Assembly (NCBI RefSeq): GCF_000142905.1
Contig: NW_013657641.1
Span: 130,907-194,906, forward strand
Origin: Thecamonas trahens ATCC 50062
Taxonomy: Eukaryota; Protista; Apusomonadida
Length of the DNA: 64,000 nt
Reading direction: 5' to 3'
Under the pieces are notes generated by a model. It searched no databases and was not told the DNA's origin. It worked only from the letters and a program-made list of their open reading frames with translations. The position numbers and the translations under genes are program-made. Within the stretch, counting starts at the first letter, position 1. Each line of letters starts with the position of its first letter. Positions 34,588 to 47,375 of this stretch are shown in pieces.

Positions 34588-35940
34588 CTAGTGGCGGAAA
34601 CCCTTGGCACGCTTGGCCGACGGCGTATCCATGGCGCCACCGTCTGCGTCCTCGGGCGCCTTGCGCTTCTTCTTGCTCTTGGACTTCTTCTTGGACTTCT
34701 TCTTGGACTTCTTCTTGGACTTGTTCTTGGATTTGTTTTTGTTCTTCTTCTTCTTGGACTTGTTCTTGTCCTTCTTGGTCTTCTTGGTCTTGGCGTGCTT
34801 CTTGGTTGTCGACTGGGCCGCGGCCATCAGGTCGCGCTTGATATGCGCGGCCTTGGGCCCGGGCGTCTTGGCCATCGTCCGACCAACCGCCGCACCGCCC
34901 GAGCTCGAGCCCGAGCTGGAGCCGTCGTCGTCGGCAGCGGTGCCACCGCGGAAGCTGTTGGCAGTCCCGGTCTCGCTGTCGTTGTCCGATGCCGAAGCCG
35001 ACGCCGAGAGCGATGCGTGTGCGGCCGCAGCCGCAGCCGCTGCGGCCGCCCGCAGCGACGCGGCCTTGGCCTCCTCGTGGAGCGCCTCGACCTTGCGGCG
35101 CGCTTCAGCGGCGGCCTTGGACAGGTCCTCCCGGGCAGCGGCGGCCTCCTCGGCGGCGGCGGCCTCGGCCTCGGCCTTGGCCTTGGCCTTGGCCTCGGCC
35201 GCAGCCTTCTTGGCCTCGGCCTTGGCCTTCTTGGCCTCGGCCTTGGCCGCAGCCTTGGCCGCAGCCTGCGCCTTCTTGGCCGCCTTCTTCTCGGCCTGCT
35301 CAGTCAGCTTCTTCTGTCTGGCTGCCTGCGCCGCCTCGATGCCGTCAATACGAGCCAGCTCCTTCTCACGTGCGTCAATTGTGGCAAAGGCGGCGATCTT
35401 GTTGCGGACGGCGGTGAGCGAGCGGCCAGGCACGGCCTGGGCCACAAGCTCGACATCGCCTATGCCGTGCTCGTTGAGCGCGCCAATCAGCGCCCGGATC
35501 TCGTCGCGGTTGAACCGCCCACGGCGCCCGCCCGTCGACGGCGGCGCCACCGGCTTCTGCCTCTTCTGCTTGGGCGTGGCGGCCGGCGCCTCAAACGCCG
35601 AGTCCGAGCCCGAGCCCGAGCCGTCGCCAGCAGAGTCCGAGCCCGAGCCCGAGCCCGAACCCGAACCCGAGCCCGAACCCGGCTTGCTTCCCGACTTGTC
35701 TCCCGACGCCGAGGCAGAGAGCTCCATGGCGACCGGCTTCGACGCCCGGCCAGCCGACCGGCGGCGAGGCTGCGCTGCGGCGGTGGCGGCGCTTTTTTTC
35801 GACTGAGCCAGCAGGTCTGCCATGAGCTTCTGGACGGCAGAATGCATGCTATTCATGCGCTTGGAGCACTGGTGGAGCATGTCCAGAGCCTTGCGCGTCG
35901 GCTCGTCGGCTGACTTCCATTCGGACGGCTTGTGCGGCAT
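34588..35940 (-). CDS. Myb/SANT-domain protein with Ala/Lys-rich and poly-Lys regions
   Basis: GRFNRDEIRALIGALNEHGIGDVELVAQAVPGRSLTAVRN is a Myb-like repeat; the basic C-terminus is NLS/NoLS-like. Confidence 0.75.
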   Translation of the reverse strand: MPHKPSEWKSADEPTRKALDMLHQCSKRMNSMHSAVQKLMADLLAQSKKSAATAAAQPRRRSAGRASKPVAMELSASASGDKSGSKPGSGSGSGSGSGSGSDSAGDGSGSGSDSAFEAPAATPKQKRQKPVAPPSTGGRRGRFNRDEIRALIGALNEHGIGDVELVAQAVPGRSLTAVRNKIAAFATIDAREKELARIDGIEAAQAARQKKLTEQAEKKAAKKAQAAAKAAAKAEAKKAKAEAKKAAAEAKAKAKAEAEAAAAEEAAAAREDLSKAAAEARRKVEALHEEAKAASLRAAAAAAAAAAHASLSASASASDNDSETGTANSFRGGTAADDDGSSSGSSSGGAAVGRTMAKTPGPKAAHIKRDLMAAAQSTTKKHAKTKKTKKDKNKSKKKKNKNKSKNKSKKKSKKKSKKKSKSKKKRKAPEDADGGAMDTPSAKRAKGFRH

Positions 35941-36086
35941 GCTGGGCCCGACTGGCAGGAGAGTTGAGTTGCCAACTTTCTCGCCCGCCGACTCGCCCGC
36001 CGACTGGCATTGGCTCTACCGCCCGCCGCCCCGCCCATGGGCTGAAGACGGCACGGCACACAAGACACAAAGCCTGCGAGAAGATT

Positions 36087-39000
36087 TTAGTTGGAGCCAC
36101 GCGGCTCCATGGTGAGCGAGAGCTCGTAGGCGACGTTCTCCTCGGGGATCTCGGCCTGAGCGCGGGCCATGCAGCGCTCGAGGTACTCCTGGTGCGGGTG
36201 GTCGGGCTCGAGCGAGTAGCCCATCTGCTGGTAGCGCTGGATCTCCTGCAGGACGTTGGCGTAGTAGCGGCGCTTGACAAAGTTGAGCAGGCCATCGATG
36301 GTGTCCGAGTTACCGTCCTCGATAAAGGTCAGATCCGTGAGGTACATGCCGAGGTAGGGGATGCACGGCGGGTTGGCCATATGGATCGAGTTACGCATCT
36401 TCTTGTAGTTGCCCGACGACGAGAGCACGTCCTTGAGCTTCTCGTACAGCTCGATGGTCTTCGAGTCGACGCGCGCCCAAGCGTTCTTGAGGCGGTAGAC
36501 AGCGGACGACTGGAGGCCGGCGATGACCTCCATGCACCCGTTAAAGTTGTTGAGGGCGCGGAGCTCCTTGGCGAGCTTGATCATCTTCTTCATGATCTTG
36601 GCGCGCTCCGAGTGCTTGCCGGCCGGCGCACCCTGCAGGATCTCCCACTGGACCCAGTTGGAAGTCTCGTTAAAGCGGCGGACGAGCTTGAGGATGTTGG
36701 GCGAGTCGCGCTCCTTGTTCTTCTTGGACCAAGCGAGGCCAAAGCACTCGCGCGGCTCGATGTTCTTGTAGATGGCAGCCTCGATGCGGGTGATGACCCG
36801 GGCCATGGCCTTGCAGTCTGCCGACTTTGCAAAGGTCGAGAGGCGGTCCTTGGGCCGGACGGGCGGGACCGACTCGAGGTCCATGTTGATCGTCCGCTGC
36901 TCCTCGGCCTCCTGCAGCTTGCGGAGGAGAGCCTTCTTGAGCGACTTGGACGGTCGCTCCATGCCGGTCGCCGGCATGGTGTTCTCGACAAAGTCCATGA
37001 CCGTGTCGACCAGCAGCTGGTCCGACCGAAAGTCGTAAAAGTAGTCGTTGATCCACCCACGGAGAACGTTGAAGACCCGGAGGCGGATCGGGATCTGCTT
37101 CTTTGACTTGAACTCTTTGAGCTCCTCTGGCGAGAGGCCCTCGCGCGGCGTGATGCAGTAGCGCTGAATGATGAGCTCAAGAAGATCAAGCGGCGTGGTG
37201 AACGACCGGTACGTGAGCATGAACGCCTGCACGTACTCGGTGTCGGGGAACTTTTCGTACGTCAGCCGCTCGACGAGCTTCTCGATCGTCGCCGCCTTGA
37301 TCTGCGGGTAGCGCGAGGCGTTGTTCGCGTCGTCGTCGTGGACAAACTTGATGTCGCTGGTGTCGTCGCCGTCCTTGTACGTTCGCTCCGACTGTGGGAC
37401 CGTGTTCTTGGCGTCGACCTGCTTCTCGGCCTCCTCCTTGATCCGCTTCTGCAGGTCCTCGGGCGCGTGCTCGCGCTTGAGCGTATGGTACGTGTTCTTG
37501 AGCCGCTCCTTCTTAGATGAGTCCTTCTCCTTGGCCTCCGAGAGCATGGAGAGCGATGAGAGCCGCTTCTCGAGCCGGCCAAGCGTGTCCTTGCGCCGCG
37601 ACTCGCGCGCCAGGCGCTTGCGCTCCGCCGAGTCGAGCGAAGACGGGCCGGCGTCGTCAGTTGTCGACTCGCCGCCGCCGCCGGCTGTAGCCGTCCCGGC
37701 CGAGCCCGACATCGACCCGCCGTCATTGCGCATCAACTCGGCTGCAATGTTGTCCAGGTCCGACTCAACGCCGTTGTCCGACGTCTCCTCGGCCTCCAGC
37801 CGCTCCAGCCGCTCCACCAGCCGCTCGTTCTCGTCGAGCGACTCCTGCAGCGCGTACCGCAGCTCGTCGTTCTGGCGATCCCACTCCTCCACCTTTTTGA
37901 GCTCGGCGTTGAGCTCCTCCACCTGCAGAATGAGGTCTGACCGCTCCATCTGGATTTCCAGCACCTCCTTCCGCGTCTTGTCGGACTTTTTGGCCCGCTC
38001 CTCCGACCGCCGGTTGAGCTGCCGGATCTGCATCTGCAGGCCGGTGACCTCGGCAATGAGGTTCGCCTTCTCGCTCTCGTGGACAGGAACCGACTCGTCG
38101 AGCCGCGTCGTCTCGGCCTTGATGAGCTGGATGGCCTCGACGAGCTGAGCGTTGGTCTTCTGGTTCGCCGCACACTGCTTGGTGAGCTCGGTTGACTCGG
38201 ACGTCGCTGCAGCCTCGTTGCCTTCGGCCGACGCCTGCGCGTCAGACACCTTGGCCGCAAGAATCTTGTTGAGGTTCGTCAGCTTGGTGATCTTCTGCCG
38301 CAGGTGCTCGTTCTGCTTCATCCACGCCGCCGCATTGCGCTGCGACGCGCGCTCCTCGGCAAGAAACGCCTCGTACTTGGCGTGCGTCGCCTGCATCTCG
38401 TCAAGCATCGCCTTGCTCGCCCGCGACTCGGCCACCTTGGCCCCGTACTCGCCGCGCACAGCCTCGATCTTGACCAGCGTTGTGTCGTTCTCCTTCTTCA
38501 TCCGGTCCAGCTGCTGCTGGAGCTGCTTGTTTTGCGCCAGCCACATCTGCGCGTTCTGCAGCGCCGCGTTCTGCGACGCGTTCTTCTGCGAGAGGTTGAT
38601 CTTCTCGTTCATCAGCATCGCAAGCTGCTGCCGGAGCTGCTGCAGCTCGAGCGGGTTGACCTGCGACTGCTCAAGGTGCTTCAGCCGCCCAGTCAACTCG
38701 TACTTTTCCGTCACAAGCTGCTGCAGCTTGCCCTTGATCTTGGCGTGGATGAGCTTCTTCTCAGACTCGAGCTGCCCGATCCGCTGCCGCAGCTCCTCAG
38801 GCGAGCCCTGCACCATCGCCGCCCGCTGCATCACCACCGGCGGAAGCTGCTTCCGCGCACCCATTGACTTGCGCTGAATCGCCTGCATCACTTTTTCGTT
38901 CTGCTGCTGCAGCTCCTCGGCCTTCTTGAGGAACGCGTTCTTCTGCGAAATGAGCGCCGCCAACTTTTGCTGTTGCCAACCCGCCACACCGCCACCGCCA

Positions 39001-39407
39001 CGCCCACCCATACATGAGTGACACACAGAGCACACAGAAAGAGAGAGAGAGGACACATACACCCATGTACAACAACCTCCCATGTACATCCCCTCTCTCA
39101 CTCCATCTCTCCTTCACACCCTGCCTCGCCTCGCCTGTCCAAGTTGGCAGCCTCTGTTGACGGCAAGGCAGCTTTTGGTTGGAGAACGCCGCCGATCGCT
39201 AGAGCACCCATTTTCCTTGGCCCACCGCTCGGCCTCGACACACCAACCAGGGCCAGACGTGTTTGGCAGGGGGGGGGGACATGTGTCGGGTGGGTGTAAG
39301 GTCTGCTGTGGAGCACGTACCTTGAGTCCGGCTGCAAGGGTGGCCTTCTCCTGAAGGAGGCCGTGGCACGCCTGCTTCAGCTTTGCATTTTCCTCGGCCA
39401 AATTCAT
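36087..39407 (-). CDS. Coiled-coil + RasGEF_N + CDC25 RasGEF
   Basis: IKAATIEKLVERLT, FMLTYRSF, RLRVFNVLRGWI, LNNFNG and PPCIPYLGMYLTDLTFIEDGN. Exon 1 is 39407-39321; intron 38970-39320 (GTACGT...ACTCAT...CAG). Confidence 0.92.
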
Positions 39408-39687
39408 GGTCGACGACGAGCGAAGTGTGTCTAGTTGCCGGTCGCCGGTTGGTAGTGGCCGGTTGGTGGTGGCCGGTTGGTTGCGGGGGGGAGGGGGGAG
39501 GAGCAGGAGAGGGGGAGGAGCAGGAGAGGGGGAGGAGCAGGGGGATGGACAGTTCGGATAGTACAATCGTGCATACATATACATACACGCGCGGGCGTCG
39601 GCCGACATGTCCATCTGGAAACGGATGATGCAACATCGTTGTCGTCGTCATCATCATCGCATGGTGGCAATTTCGGTCGTTCCTCCG

Positions 39688-40571
39688 CTACGGTACCCGA
39701 TATATAGCGTCGATGCGCTGCTTGGCGCGCTGAAGGTCAGCGTCGTAGGTCGGGAGCGACCATGTGTCGTAGAGGGTGACCAGGTGAGCGGCAACAGTGT
39801 GGACCTCGGCCATGTCGACCATCATCGAGCCGAACCACTCGGCGACAGAGATGGAGTTGCTCGACTCGGCCCGGTTGATGGCGCCAGCCATGTAGATGGC
39901 AGCCAGGGCGATGAGGTACGGCGGAAAGTAGAGAAAGACTGCGGTGCAGTACGAGTCGTTGACAATGTACCATGCCGTCTCCAGGAGCTCGTCAGCGAGT
40001 CCTGCGTCGGCGACGTAGTCCTTGAGGGCGGTGTACGGATGAAAAACAACCAGTGAGTACTCGAGCGTGGCAAGCAGCGAGATCTCGGTCGTCGCCACGT
40101 CCTCGGCCGTGACCGTGACCCTGGGGAACGACGACTTGAGGATCTCGGTCACCTGCTTGACCAGCGACGCGAGCTTCTGCGGGCACTCGTCGACCTTGCA
40201 CGCCACAAACACCGCCGCGGCGAGCATGGTAAACGGCGAGACGGTCTCGAGCGTGTGCCGCGTGTAGAACCGCTTAAAGTACACAATGGCCGTAGCGATG
40301 ACGACCTGCGGCAGATGCAGCCGCTTGCCGAGCTCCTGGATCTCTGTCCCCTCCCTCCCTCTTTGCAGTGAGTCTGCCGCCATTGGTGAATGTGGACAGT
40401 GTGGATGGTGTGGTGGCTTTAGTACGCCATCTGCGTACTCTGCGGAAAGTAGATGCCCAGCAGGGTGGCGACGGTGGCGTCGAGCGAGTCGCCCACCCCA
40501 AGGTCAGCCTCGCTGGCCGTCTCGAGCAGCCATACGTCGCGCTGAGAGGATGCCCAGAAGTTACCCGCCAT
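39688..40571 (-). CDS. CCNC: Cyclin C
   Basis: N-terminus MAGNFWASSQ; QVVIATAIVYFKRFY, ACKVDECP, LVVFHPY and AWYIVNDSY. Intron 40344-40438 (GTACGC...ACTCAC...CAG). Confidence 0.95.
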
Positions 40572-40815
40572 GGTGGTGGGTGGGTGGGCACGTGGGTGGG
40601 GGTGGATGAAGACGAGGGGTGGAGTGAGGTGGTGGTGGTGGCTGTGGTGGCTGTGCTACTGCCGTGATCAATGGGTGACGCCCGCTATATCGACCTACAG
40701 CTACGAGGGGGGGGGGGAGGGATCCTCATCTCTCCTCTTCCTCCTCCTTCTCCACACACACTCACAAACACACTCTTTCTCTCTCTCTTCTTGCTAGGCA
40801 GCACTGAAAATGTAC

Positions 40816-43312
40816 TTACTCGGACATCGAAGCCGAGCCCGAGTCCGAGTCGGAGAGATCCGAGTCCGAGTCGGATGGGTCGGACGAGTCGGACGAGTCC
40901 GAGTCGGAGCCGAGGAGGTCGGTGTCGTCATTGCCCTCGATGTAAAGGGTGCGTGGGCGGGCACGGACCGAGGTGCGGCCGGGTGCAGCGTCGTCGGCGG
41001 AGACCTGCGAGAGGACGAGGTCAAGGCGGCCGTTAAGCTTCATCAGCTTGTCGTAGACGGCCAGGCGCTCCTCAAAGGTCTGGTAGAGCGGGGTGAGCAT
41101 GGCGGAGAGGCCGGGAACCGAGAGGAGGAAGGCAGTGTGGGTGACAAGAATGGCTCGGATCCAGGGAACGAGGCGGGTACCGCGGGCCGGGCGCGAGCGC
41201 AGCTTGTCGGTGAGAATCTTGAGGAGGGCGACAATGCGGGCAGTCGGCAACTGGCGGACGGTGGCCATGATGGTGCCATGGGTGGACATGCCGAGGCAGT
41301 ACTCAAGCAGCTGGTTGTCGCCCGAGTGCAGGGCCTGGACCAGCATGCGCTTGAGTGACTCGCCGCGCGGGACGCCGACGGTACCATCGTCCGAGGCCGG
41401 CGATGCCGAGCCATCGCCCGACGCGCGGGATCGGCGGCCGTTCTTCTGGCGCCCGCCCGACGAGCCGTTGATGGCCTTGAGCCGCTCTGCAAATGAGAGG
41501 CCGCCGAGGTTCTTGTTCTCCTCGCCGTCGTCCTCGCCGTCCGAGAGCGAGTCAAAGCCACCGGCGGCCAAGGACATGGCCATCGGCGCCTCGCCCGCCC
41601 GCGGCGCCATGGCGTCAGCAGCCGACAGCACCTTGGCATTGGTGCCCTTGGCCTTGGACGGCACGCCCACGGCGCTGGCGCCTGCCGACGTGCCCGGACC
41701 GCCGAACGGGTGCTGGCTCGCCGCCGCAGGCGCAGCAATGGTGACCGACTCGAGCACGCTGCCGTCGGTGCCCGCGGCCTTGATCGCCGTGAACGACGGG
41801 TTCTTGGTCGGCCCGTGCATGGCAAGGAAGGCGTGCGCGGTAGTGGGCCGGAGCGCGCGAATGCCGCGCCCGACAAACCCGTTGTCGTCGGTCGGCTCCT
41901 CGGCCACAAGGCAGGCCGGCGCCCGCGGCTTGATGCCGCGCGCTGCAGCCTTGCGCGACTTCTTCTTCTTGCCGCCAGCGTCGACGGTGGCCATGACGTC
42001 GCTCCAGATGGCAGCCTCGCCCGACGCGGTAAAGGCGGCAACGTGGACCGCTCCGGGCTCGGACGCCGACTTGCGGCTCTTCTTGGACGACTTACCCGAG
42101 CTCGGCGCATCGGTGGCGTAGGTGACGAGGCCGAGCGGCTGCGACTCGGTGACGAGGATGCGCGCGGCGTCCGGCGAGAACACCGTGTCGCGCGACGTCG
42201 ACGACAGGTCGTACACGTTGATGAACCGGTCATGGAGGGCGGCCGAGATAAGGATGGCGCCGTCGGCCGAAAAGGCGAGCGACGAGACGAGCGAAGCGTG
42301 GCCCGTCAGCGTGGCCACACACGTCACGTTGTCCAGATCAGACACGTCGAGGACGCAGATCGAGTTGGCAGCAACCGCAAGTCGCGAGCCGCTCTCCGAC
42401 GCCGCCAGAGCAGAGATGGTGTGGAAGGTGGCGGCCGAGAAGGCGCCGAGGATGGTGCCATCAGCCACAATAACCGGCGTCGCATCGGACGTCAGCGTCT
42501 TCCACGACCAGAACAGCACCTGCCCGTCAGATCCGGCCGAGAACAGGCCGTCCGGTCGGGCCACCAGCGCACGCAGCGCCGCAGAGTGCCCGCCACGGCT
42601 CCCAGCCCGCGAGATGATCTTCTCCGTCGCCACGTCCCACACCAGCAGCGTGCCCTTGCGCGTTCCGACCGCAAGCACCGCCCGCGTCTCCTCACCGCCC
42701 TCTCCCTCACTCTCCTTTGACTTGCTTCCTCCACGCTTCCGCTTGCTCGTCTTCTACAAGCCATGCCCATGTAACCCACCGCCGACACCGTCGCTCTCCG
42801 TGAGTCGGTGGGATGCCCCGCTGGATGGGGGGGCCTGCGGCACCGGCCCCACACCCGGCACTCGACAGGGTCCTACCGCCACACACACGAGCCCCATGCC
42901 CCCACGCGCATTCATGCATATGCCCCATAATACCCGCATGTCCTCTCTGGCTTTCCCTTTGATAGCTACCTGCACTCTGCCTATAGCCTGTGCCGCAGTC
43001 GCGGCCACAGTCACCACTGCCGTCACCGGCAGGTCATCCTCGGAGGATGGCCCGAGACCAGGGAGGGGGGGGGGGGGGGGGGAGCTAGAGGCGTACCTTG
43101 GGACCAAGGCCAAAGCTAGCCGGAACATCGAGCCAGGTCAAGCATGTGTAGTTGGTGGAAAGATGGTCTGCGTCGGTGAGAACGTGCAGCAGCTCGCCGG
43201 ACCGGGTGTCCCACACCCGGATCCGGGAGTCGGTAGAGGTGGTGGCAAACGCCGTTCCCTCCCGATTGAACGACATGATTGCAGACGAGTGTGACCCGAT
43301 TTGGCCACCCAT
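40816..43312 (-). CDS. WDR43: WDR43/Utp5, U3 snoRNP t-UTP subunit
   Basis: WD40 repeats (DSRIRVWDT, YTCLTW, LTGHASLV) plus a Utp12 domain (LVQALHSGDNQLLE...WIRAILVTH...KLNGRLDLV) and an acidic tail. Intron 42754-43096. Confidence 0.92.
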
Positions 43313-43462
43313 CGCCGCCTTTGGCACGCACCCTCACTACCCACGCACCCTCTCCCTCGGCTGTTCCTTGACCATCGGCCACGGTGTGAGACATTGGGTC
43401 TATTCAATGACGCCCATCGCCGCTTTGTCAAAAGGCACTGGCTAGTGAGATCGCGGCTGGTC

Positions 43463-45057
43463 TCACGCCAGCACTTGGGAATCATTGGGAGTAATGACGA
43501 CCGTCAGCGTGGAGCTGTCGGGAAAGGTGGAAGCAGGGACAATGTCGAGATGGTTGCGGGTCGGCGACGAGTACGAGGCGCCATCGCGCGGGATGAAAGT
43601 GACAGAGTAGCCGTGCGGGTACCACATGGCCTCGTTGAGGTAGATCGAGGTGGGAAGGCCGATGGTGTGGCCCCACGAGTCCCACACAAACTTGAAGGCC
43701 CCGGTCTCGGCATCAAACATCATGTCGCGCGGGACGCCGGCGGTGGCGTACGCGTACGTCCGCGAGAGGACCTTGATCTTGTTGGCCTGGAGCGTGCCAT
43801 TCGGGTAGTAGAACGACTCGTCGAACGGCTGCGAGGCCGTGGTGAGATCGTGATACGGTTTGTACTGCCAGTAGTTGAACGACTGTAGGTTGGCGTCGCA
43901 CAGATCAAGCAGGTGGTTGAGGGCGTCGGCAGCGGCCGGTGACTCGAGCATGGCGCCCATCTCGGTGAGGTAGCCACCGCCGCCAAGGCGGGTCACGTCG
44001 GCCATCTTGACGTTCTCAAAGTAGTCGTCGACGAGGTTGCACTCGACAACATGGGTCGGGTCGCCAGACTTGTCGGTCGGCGCGCAGTAGATGTGGTACG
44101 AGTAGACCGAGCGATTGGCGTAGGCGGCGCCACCGGGTGGCGCGTCAAAGCCGGCGTGGCCCTGGTTGGAGACCGCGTCCTCGTAGAAGACCAAATGCTC
44201 GTCGTCGACACTGCGAATGGCTGCGTTGATCTTCTCGTACATCGGCGCGAGGTTCTTGCGGCCGGCGACGCCAAACTCGAGTAGCTCGGGATCGGCGTAG
44301 ATGTCGCCGGCCCACGGCTCGTTGAGCAGCTCGTAGCCGAGCACGTAAGGGTTGTCCTTGAACTTTGTGGCGACCGCGTGCCAAAGGCCACAAACGAGTC
44401 GAGCGTCCCGTTGTGGTTGTCGTAGAGGCCCTGGTAGGCGTACGAGACGGCGTGGGTAAAGTAGTACTCGAAAAACGGGCGCGAAAGGCAGTCGTCGAGC
44501 TCGGGATAGCCTGTCGATGCGTTGCGCTTGATCGACGCGGCAATCGGCTGTGGGAAGGGCAGAAAGTCGCCGTCGGTAGCGACGGCCCAGTCGGGCGCAA
44601 ACTCGCCACAAAAGTTGCGATTGAACAAATCGGCGTGGGCGTCGAGCAAGGTGAAGATGCCATGCTTTCCGAGGCCGTTGACGATCTCCTCCAGCACATC
44701 GAGGTAGGTGGTGTTGTACACGCCACGCTCCCACTCGAGGCCCGGCCACATGGTGCCGAGCCGGACAGCGGTGAAGCCCCAGTCGGCGAGCCGGAGCCAA
44801 TCCTCCTCGGCGAGAGAGTCATCGAGGGTAAAGACCTCGACGTTGGGCACCCACGGGAAGATCTTCATCACGGCGTTGACTCCGTGGAAGATCCGTGTCC
44901 GGTTCTGCCCGTCGACCAGGGCTGCATCGGCCTGCCTGACATGCACAAAGGCCGGCGGGGCACCAGAGCCAAGGGCGAGAGTGGAAGCGGCAAGAGTGGC
45001 GAGGACGAGAACAGACAGGGCAAGGGGACAGGGGTGCGTATGCGTAGACGGAAGCAT
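43463..45057 (-). CDS. Secreted GH5 endoglycoceramidase-like glycosidase with a C-terminal beta-sandwich
   Basis: Signal peptide; FHGVNAV, RLGTMWPG, acid/base motif YELLNEP, HIYC, nucleophile motif YLTEMG and LSRTYA. Frameshift at the T-run 44383-44385 (FVAFWHAVA). Confidence 0.9.
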
Positions 45058-45398
45058 GGGTGGAGGGGGGAGAGGGGGGGGGGGTAGTGCGGTGGGTGGG
45101 CGGGGGGAAGGGGGCGGGGGTTGGACTGCGACAGCGTGCCCGTGCGTGCAGCAGCCTTGCGGGGGGGGGACGGCTCGCTCCAAGGGTCGATCGATGACAC
45201 CACGAACACACACACACACTGACAAACACACTAACACACATAGACACACACACACACACGTTGACACGTTGACGTCACTACCCTCAGGCTTGTCTTCGCT
45301 CAGACACCATCATCATGTTCTCATTTTGCTACCCGTGGAGGAGGGATCCAAGGAAATCGACCTCCGTCTCTGATCGGGGATAGGGGTGGCAGCAGCAA

Positions 45399-46913
45399 TC
45401 AGTTGGCGCCGAGGGCCGGGAAGGCCTTGTCGTCGTTGACGTTGGGGAGGCGCGAGCCGCCGCGACGGTTGTTGTTGTTGTTGCCGCCACGGCCACCGCG
45501 GCCACCGCGGCCACCGCGGCCACCGCGGCCGCCGCGGCCACCGCGGCGCTCGCCGGAGAAGGCCTTGTCGACCACGCGAACGTTGAGGAGCTCGTTGGCG
45601 TTGCCCTTGGCAGCGCGGCCACCATCGCGGGCGGAGAAGTTCTGCTGCACCTTTTTGCCCTTGGTCTTGGTGGTGAGGCGCTTGTACTGGCCCCACTCCT
45701 TCTTCTCCGAGCCCTCGTTGGCGCGGCGGGTCGGGCGCGCGGCGGCGACGCGGATCGCAGCCTGCTGGGCCTCGTACTCCTCGAGGGTCATGCCCTCCTC
45801 CTCGTCCGACTCCTCGGCAGCAGGCTCGCCGTTGTTGGCGTAGTCAGCAGCAGCCACGTCGGCGCCCTCATCGGCCACCGACGACGCGGGCTTGCCCTCA
45901 ACGTCCGGGATGTCGCCCCAGTTGTGGGCACCCGAGGTACCGCCCTTGCGCGCGCCCGAGCGCGACGACTGGTTGGCGTACGACTTGCCGGTCGCGTGGT
46001 GGTCCTTGGCGCGACCACGGCCCGACTTCTTGGCGTTGCCGCCCGACTTCTTGGCAGCTGCCACACCCCAAAACCATCCATCCTGTGAGTCTCTCCCTCC
46101 ATTGCGAGTCTTCTCTGTGCGCCTTGTGACTAGCAACTATCCTCGCCCATCGCCCTCTCCATCGCCAGCGCCTCGGCCTGCCATCGCCGACCAGGCCACC
46201 CGCAAGCCCCGCCCGCTCGACGCAGACAAAAATAATGACCGCGGCTTGGCCTGGCCCCGGCCGACGAGCACGGCCAGTGCGGACTAAAGGCAGGCAGGCC
46301 AGATTGCATCTGAAGAACGGCAGATGGGTTGATGTAGCAGATATCCAGTACTACCTGCAAGGGTGCCAGCAGTGTGGTAACCAGCTCTGCACAGCAGGCG
46401 AGCATGCGGGCCAGCAGCGACCCACCGACGGGGAGCAGCGACAGAACCAACAATCCGAAAATGTCTCACAGAGCAGAGCAGGTCGCGCCGAGGCCGAGAC
46501 ACCGGGCAAAGGAGGAGACGGGGGAAGGTAGAGTGGGGGGCAGAGGGGAAGCGAGCAGAGAGCAGGGGGGGATGACAGCACGTAGGCTCCGTGGTGGCAG
46601 CAAGAACTGGGCCAGGAGAGGCTACGCAAGCAGGGGAGAGGCAAAGGAAGCGCCCAAAAGCGGCAATGATCGGTGGCAGAGGGAAAGAGGTAGCCAGGGG
46701 GGGGGGGGGGGGGGGGGGGGGCGGGCGATTGGTGATGATGGACGTACCCTTGTTGCCAAAGTTGGGCTTCTTGAGCGGATCGGCAGCAACAACAGGCTTG
46801 GAGGCCTTCTTGTTGGCAGCCTTCGGCTTGCTCACCGGCGAAGCGGGCGAAGCGGGCGCATCGTCGTCCTCCATGTTGAGGGCGGCGAACGGGTTGTTGA
46901 TCAGCGACGACAT
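45399..46913 (-). CDS. SERBP1: SERBP1/HABP4/Stm1-family RGG RNA-binding protein
   Basis: NPFAAL N-terminus, KGGTSGAHNWG, MTLEEY, RRANEG, RGG repeats and PNVNDDKAFPALG. Intron 46058-46747. Confidence 0.92.
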
Positions 46914-47375
46914 GACGAGCGAGAGGTGCCTCGCCGTCGATTGGCTGCCGGTTGGCAGTGGGCGGACGGGTGGCCGGAGGGCGGCAGGGAAAGGGGGGGG
47001 GGGAGGGAGGGGATGGGATGGGATGATGGTGTATCGATCTGTTGAGGAAGTCGATATGTAGGGAGATGAGATAAAGTTTGACGAGGAGGGGGGAAGGGGG
47101 ATGGGGGGGGAGGGGGGAGGAGGGAGATGGGAGGGGGAGGGGGTTGGTGATGGGATGTGCGGCTGTCTGCAGTTTGGAGAGGTCGTGATCGTGATCGGTT
47201 CCAGGAATGGTGGCTGGAGAGGGGCGTGGGCAAGGCAGAGCGGCCTTAGGGGGGTGGGACAGGGACACCTCACCGAGTGGAGAGAGAGAGAGAGAGGGGG
47301 GACGGGCTTAGACGCAAGAGCGCAAAGACTAGAAGTGGCAAGCGAGAGCAGGCTTTGGACGAAGCAACAGAGAGT

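Noticed and set aside
31395-37106. Long antisense or alternative-frame ORFs (e.g. 31395-32600, 34591-35913, 35964-37106)
   Set aside because: These are shadow ORFs expected from high GC3 codon usage opposite real genes.
6108-39407. Functional cluster of small-GTPase regulators (RapGAP, TBC, RasGAP, RasGEF)
   Set aside because: These are large families interspersed with unrelated genes; there is no evidence beyond chance.
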